A DNA stretch of 64,000 nucleotides, from the NCBI GenBank assembly GCA_965243635.1, contig OZ251574.1, positions 1,032,188 through 1,096,187 on the forward strand. The letters are read 5' to 3'. The translations under genes were made by a program, and so were the position numbers. The DNA comes from an uncultured Nitrincola sp. (GTDB taxonomy: Bacteria; Pseudomonadota; Gammaproteobacteria; Pseudomonadales; Balneatricaceae). The notes below the pieces were generated by a model that made no database searches, was not told where the DNA came from, and worked only from the letters and a program-made list of their open reading frames with translations. Positions 61,941-64,000 of the stretch are shown one piece after another; position 1 is the first letter of the stretch; each line of letters starts with the position of its first letter.

Positions 61941-62204
61941 TTATGCAAGTGCTTTGATCTTAGTATTCATTCTGCTTTTTACACGAGCGATCTTGTTTTT
62001 AGTGAAAATGCCTTTGCTGACAGATGCATCTAAAACAGACTGTGCAGACTTGAATGTTTCAGTCGCAACAGCCTTATCACCAGCTTCAATAGCTGCGATA
62101 ACTTTTTTCATGTAAGTACGAGCCATAGAGCGAAAGCTAGCGTTGTGTTGACGACGCTTTTCCGCTTGACGGGCACGTTTTTTTGATCCTGCGGAATTCG
62201 CCAT
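61941..62204 (-). CDS. rpsT: 30S ribosomal protein S20
   Basis: [33 protein letters not shown]. Confidence 0.97.
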   Translation of the reverse strand: MANSAGSKKRARQAEKRRQHNASFRSMARTYMKKVIAAIEAGDKAVATETFKSAQSVLDASVSKGIFTKNKIARVKSRMNTKIKALA

Positions 62205-62269
62205 GATCTTGCTCCTAAGAAATAGATGTTCCGATAAGCAACATGCTTAGCGGTAAATTGAGAGGCGAG

Positions 62270-62298
62270 ATTATTCATATTTATTGCCCAGATGTCAA
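62270..62298 (-). promoter_or_regulatory. Sigma70 promoter of rpsT
   Basis: Minus strand reads TTGACA-17-AATAAT. Confidence 0.7.
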
Positions 62299-62439
62299 TA
62301 AAAACCAGATATTTTCTACAACAACGCGTGAAATTTGCCGAAATTCGAATCTCAGCTAACAATTTGTGCCGTACTTTGTTGCAATAGTGTGCTTAAAATT
62401 AGCAGTTTCGTATCGAACATTAGTGGTAAAGGTAGTTGA

Positions 62440-64000
62440 GTGAAAGATAAAGTGAGTAGTGAGTCAGGTGATGATGGTTTTTCTAAGCAGCGACAAAAGA
62501 ACCGAAGTGAGCTTGGAGGGCAAGTGTCAATCAGTGCGCAGTCTGAGGAAAAAAAAGATCTAGACTCTGCTGAGAGCAAAGTAGAAAAAGCACCTTCCAG
62601 CTTGCCAAGATCCAGTTTATTGCGATCCAGCCTGCTGGTGTCGACCATGACCATGCTCTCTCGGGTGTTGGGTTTGGCGCGCGATGTGGTGGTGGCTAAT
62701 TATTTTGGAGCCGGCAGTGCGGCGGATGCTTTTTTCGTCGCTTTTAAAATACCTAATTTTTTACGACGGCTATTTGCCGAAGGCGCGTTCGCGCAAGCTT
62801 TTGTGCCAGTGTTAAGTGAGTATCGCAGTCAGCGAGATTTGCTAGCAGTGCAGGGCTTGGTAAATCGAGTGGCGGGTAATTTAGGTTTTATCTTGCTGGT
62901 GATAACTGTGGTTGCCGTCTTGGGGGCTCCAGTGTTGACAGCGGTGTTCGCGCCGGGATTCTATCTGCATGCGGAGCAGCAGTTTGACTTGGCTGCACAT
63001 ATGCTGGCGATTACTTTTCCGTATTTAATGTTGATCTCCCTGACCGCGTTTGCCGGAGCCGTGCTGAATAGTTACGAACATTTCGCGGTGCCGGCGTTTA
63101 CTCCAGTATTGTTAAATTTGTGTTTGATTGGCAGTGCTATTTTTTTGAGTCCGTTCTTCGATCAGCCAATCATAGCGCTTGCCTGGGGAGTGTTGATGGC
63201 AGGGGTGATACAGTTGCTGTTTCAGCTGCCGTTCTTGATGCGGATCAAGCTAATGCCAATCCCAATTGTCGATTGGCAAGATCCGGGGGTGCGCAGGATT
63301 TTAAGTTTGATGGTGCCCGCTTTATTCGGAGTTTCAGTGGCGCAGATCAATTTGTTGCTGGATACGGTCTTGGCGACGTTTTTACAAACCGGTAGTGTCT
63401 CTTGGTTGTATTATTCTGATCGTTTAGCTGAGCTGCCTTTAGGGGTGTTTGCGATAGCTATATCGACAGTGATCATGCCCAGTTTGTCACGTAAGAGCGC
63501 AAATAAGTCGATGCAGTCTTTTGCGGTCACTTTGGATTGGGCGCTGCGGATGATTTTTTTGATCGGGCTGCCCTCCGCACTAGCGCTATTTTTATTGGCC
63601 GAGCCGCTGCTGGTGACGCTCTTTGGTTACGGCAATATGAATGAGCAGGATATTGTGATGGCGGCAAAAAGTTTACGGGCATACTCCTGTGGGCTGCTGG
63701 CGTTTATGTTGATCAAAGTGCTAGCGCCTGGTTTTTTTGCCAGGCAAGATATGAAAACCCCAGTAAAAATAGCAATCCAAGCGATGGTTGCCAACATGAT
63801 CTTCAATTTAATATTAATTTTCCCCTTTGCGCACGTCGGGTTGGCGGCGGCGACTTCCATGTCGGCATTTTTGAATGCAGGTTTGCTGTTGTACGGGTTG
63901 TTAAAAGTTGGAGTGTTTAAGTGGCAGCCGGGTTGGGGGTTGGTTATATTTAGAATTTTCTGTGGTTGCGCAGTATTGCTGCCGGCCATATATTTCATCA
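62440..64000 (+). CDS. murJ: Lipid II flippase MurJ, 3'-truncated by the window edge (start uncertain: 62440 or 62524)
   Basis: Not in the ORF track. Manual translation gives MLSRVLGLARD, ADAFFVAFKIPNFLRRLFAEGAF, DRLAELPLGVF. Divergent from rpsT. Confidence 0.95.
   Translation, partial: MKDKVSSESGDDGFSKQRQKNRSELGGQVSISAQSEEKKDLDSAESKVEKAPSSLPRSSLLRSSLLVSTMTMLSRVLGLARDVVVANYFGAGSAADAFFVAFKIPNFLRRLFAEGAFAQAFVPVLSEYRSQRDLLAVQGLVNRVAGNLGFILLVITVVAVLGAPVLTAVFAPGFYLHAEQQFDLAAHMLAITFPYLMLISLTAFAGAVLNSYEHFAVPAFTPVLLNLCLIGSAIFLSPFFDQPIIALAWGVLMAGVIQLLFQLPFLMRIKLMPIPIVDWQDPGVRRILSLMVPALFGVSVAQINLLLDTVLATFLQTGSVSWLYYSDRLAELPLGVFAIAISTVIMPSLSRKSANKSMQSFAVTLDWALRMIFLIGLPSALALFLLAEPLLVTLFGYGNMNEQDIVMAAKSLRAYSCGLLAFMLIKVLAPGFFARQDMKTPVKIAIQAMVANMIFNLILIFPFAHVGLAAATSMSAFLNAGLLLYGLLKVGVFKWQPGWGLVIFRIFCGCAVLLPAIYFI

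Overview
This window is chromosome from a gammaproteobacterium with Pseudomonadales/Oceanospirillales-like gene order. It holds about 53 CDS, almost all housekeeping: glpR (partial), rep, nudE, yrfG-hslR-hslO-pckA, trxA-rho-ubiD-fre, rsmE-gshB-tonB-algH-ruvX-pyrR-pyrB-pyrC', metK/tkt-epd-pgk, hslVU-DUF971-ubiE-ubiJ, priA-argS-ftsN, rpmE, maeB, fabAB, ispB, rplU-rpmA-obgE-proB, rpsT and murJ (partial). The first 15 kb is more accessory: an EAL-HDOD protein, a HAMP-PAS-PAS-GGDEF-EAL protein, a MoxR-DUF58-transglutaminase triad, TlpA, SlyB, ComM and an LTA-synthase-family sulfatase. I saw no transposase, integrase, phage gene, CRISPR array, rRNA or tRNA, and I cannot support a novel protein-coding system. 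The structure the genes do not explain is intergenic. There are two families of non-coding miniature inverted-repeat elements: family A (8 copies, CCTG...CAGG ends, 5-bp target duplications) and family B (5 copies, TGAGACC...GGTCTCA ends, 3-bp duplications). Both have microhomology-deleted short forms, and family B carries nested TACCC/GGGTA mini-hairpin modules. Several other palindromic repeats, an (AC)10 microsatellite, a LexA-box match and a triple 11-bp-period direct repeat are also present. All alignments and counts were done by eye, and no database searches were run.
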